Shown here in pieces: positions 34,555 through 34,609 of a DNA stretch of 34,609 bases (position 1 is the stretch's first letter; each line of letters opens with the position of its first letter). Source of the DNA: Candidatus Micrarchaeia archaeon. Lineage in GTDB: Archaea > Micrarchaeota > Micrarchaeia > Micrarchaeales > CABMGC01. Made by a program: the position numbers and the translations under genes. The notes beneath the pieces were generated by a model. That model saw only the letters and a program-made list of their open reading frames with translations. It did no database searches and was not told the DNA's origin. The stretch is taken from positions 1 through 34,609 of the forward strand of contig JBMFUT010000004.1 in the NCBI GenBank assembly GCA_049966395.1. Reading direction: 5' to 3'.

Positions 34555-34609
34555 CGCCCTTGCCGGGATTCGAACCCGGATCACAGGCTCCGGAAGCCCG
34601 CGTTCTATC
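34555..34609 (-). tRNA. tRNA-Arg(CCG), 5' end cut by window edge
   Basis: CGGGC-TTCCGGA-GCCTG anticodon arm, CCGGG-TTCGAAT-CCCGG T arm, 3' acceptor CAAGGGC-G. Confidence 0.9.

Noticed and set aside
1..34609. Alternative genetic code suggested by the in-frame TAA
   Set aside because: TAA, TAG and TGA all end well-conserved genes at expected lengths

Overview
Archaeal chromosomal window that looks like a DPANN archaeon, most likely Micrarchaeota (ARMAN-like). The evidence is the archaeal rpoE'/spt4, NAC, DUF424, GGGP synthase and archaeal-type GluRS genes, tight gene packing, Cys-rich surface proteins and a tRNA with non-canonical introns; the taxon call is inference. The window holds about 35 CDS (transcription/translation, tRNA processing, lipid and glycan synthesis, oxidative stress, lineage-specific orphans), four minus-strand tRNAs (Val-GAC, Ser-CGA, Ala-TGC, partial Arg-CCG), two IS200/IS605-like left-end sequences and one 100-N scaffold gap flanked by an exact 55-bp duplication. 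The most notable observations are: a tRNA-Ser with two 13-nt BHB-type introns at 30/31 and 59/60; an unannotated 31-aa hyperacidic peptide; a CDGSH Fe-S gene broken by an in-frame TAA next to SOD and a 33-aa Zn-finger; an N-terminal-half-only RqcH/NFACT; a proline-dehydrogenase-fold protein lacking catalytic residues; a radical SAM enzyme whose SPASM cysteines are replaced; and a variant JAB/MPN protein divergent from a 710-aa membrane-anchored repeat protein beside tRNA-Ala. No CRISPR array, rRNA or intact transposase/integrase was seen, and no complete novel system can be demonstrated from sequence alone.
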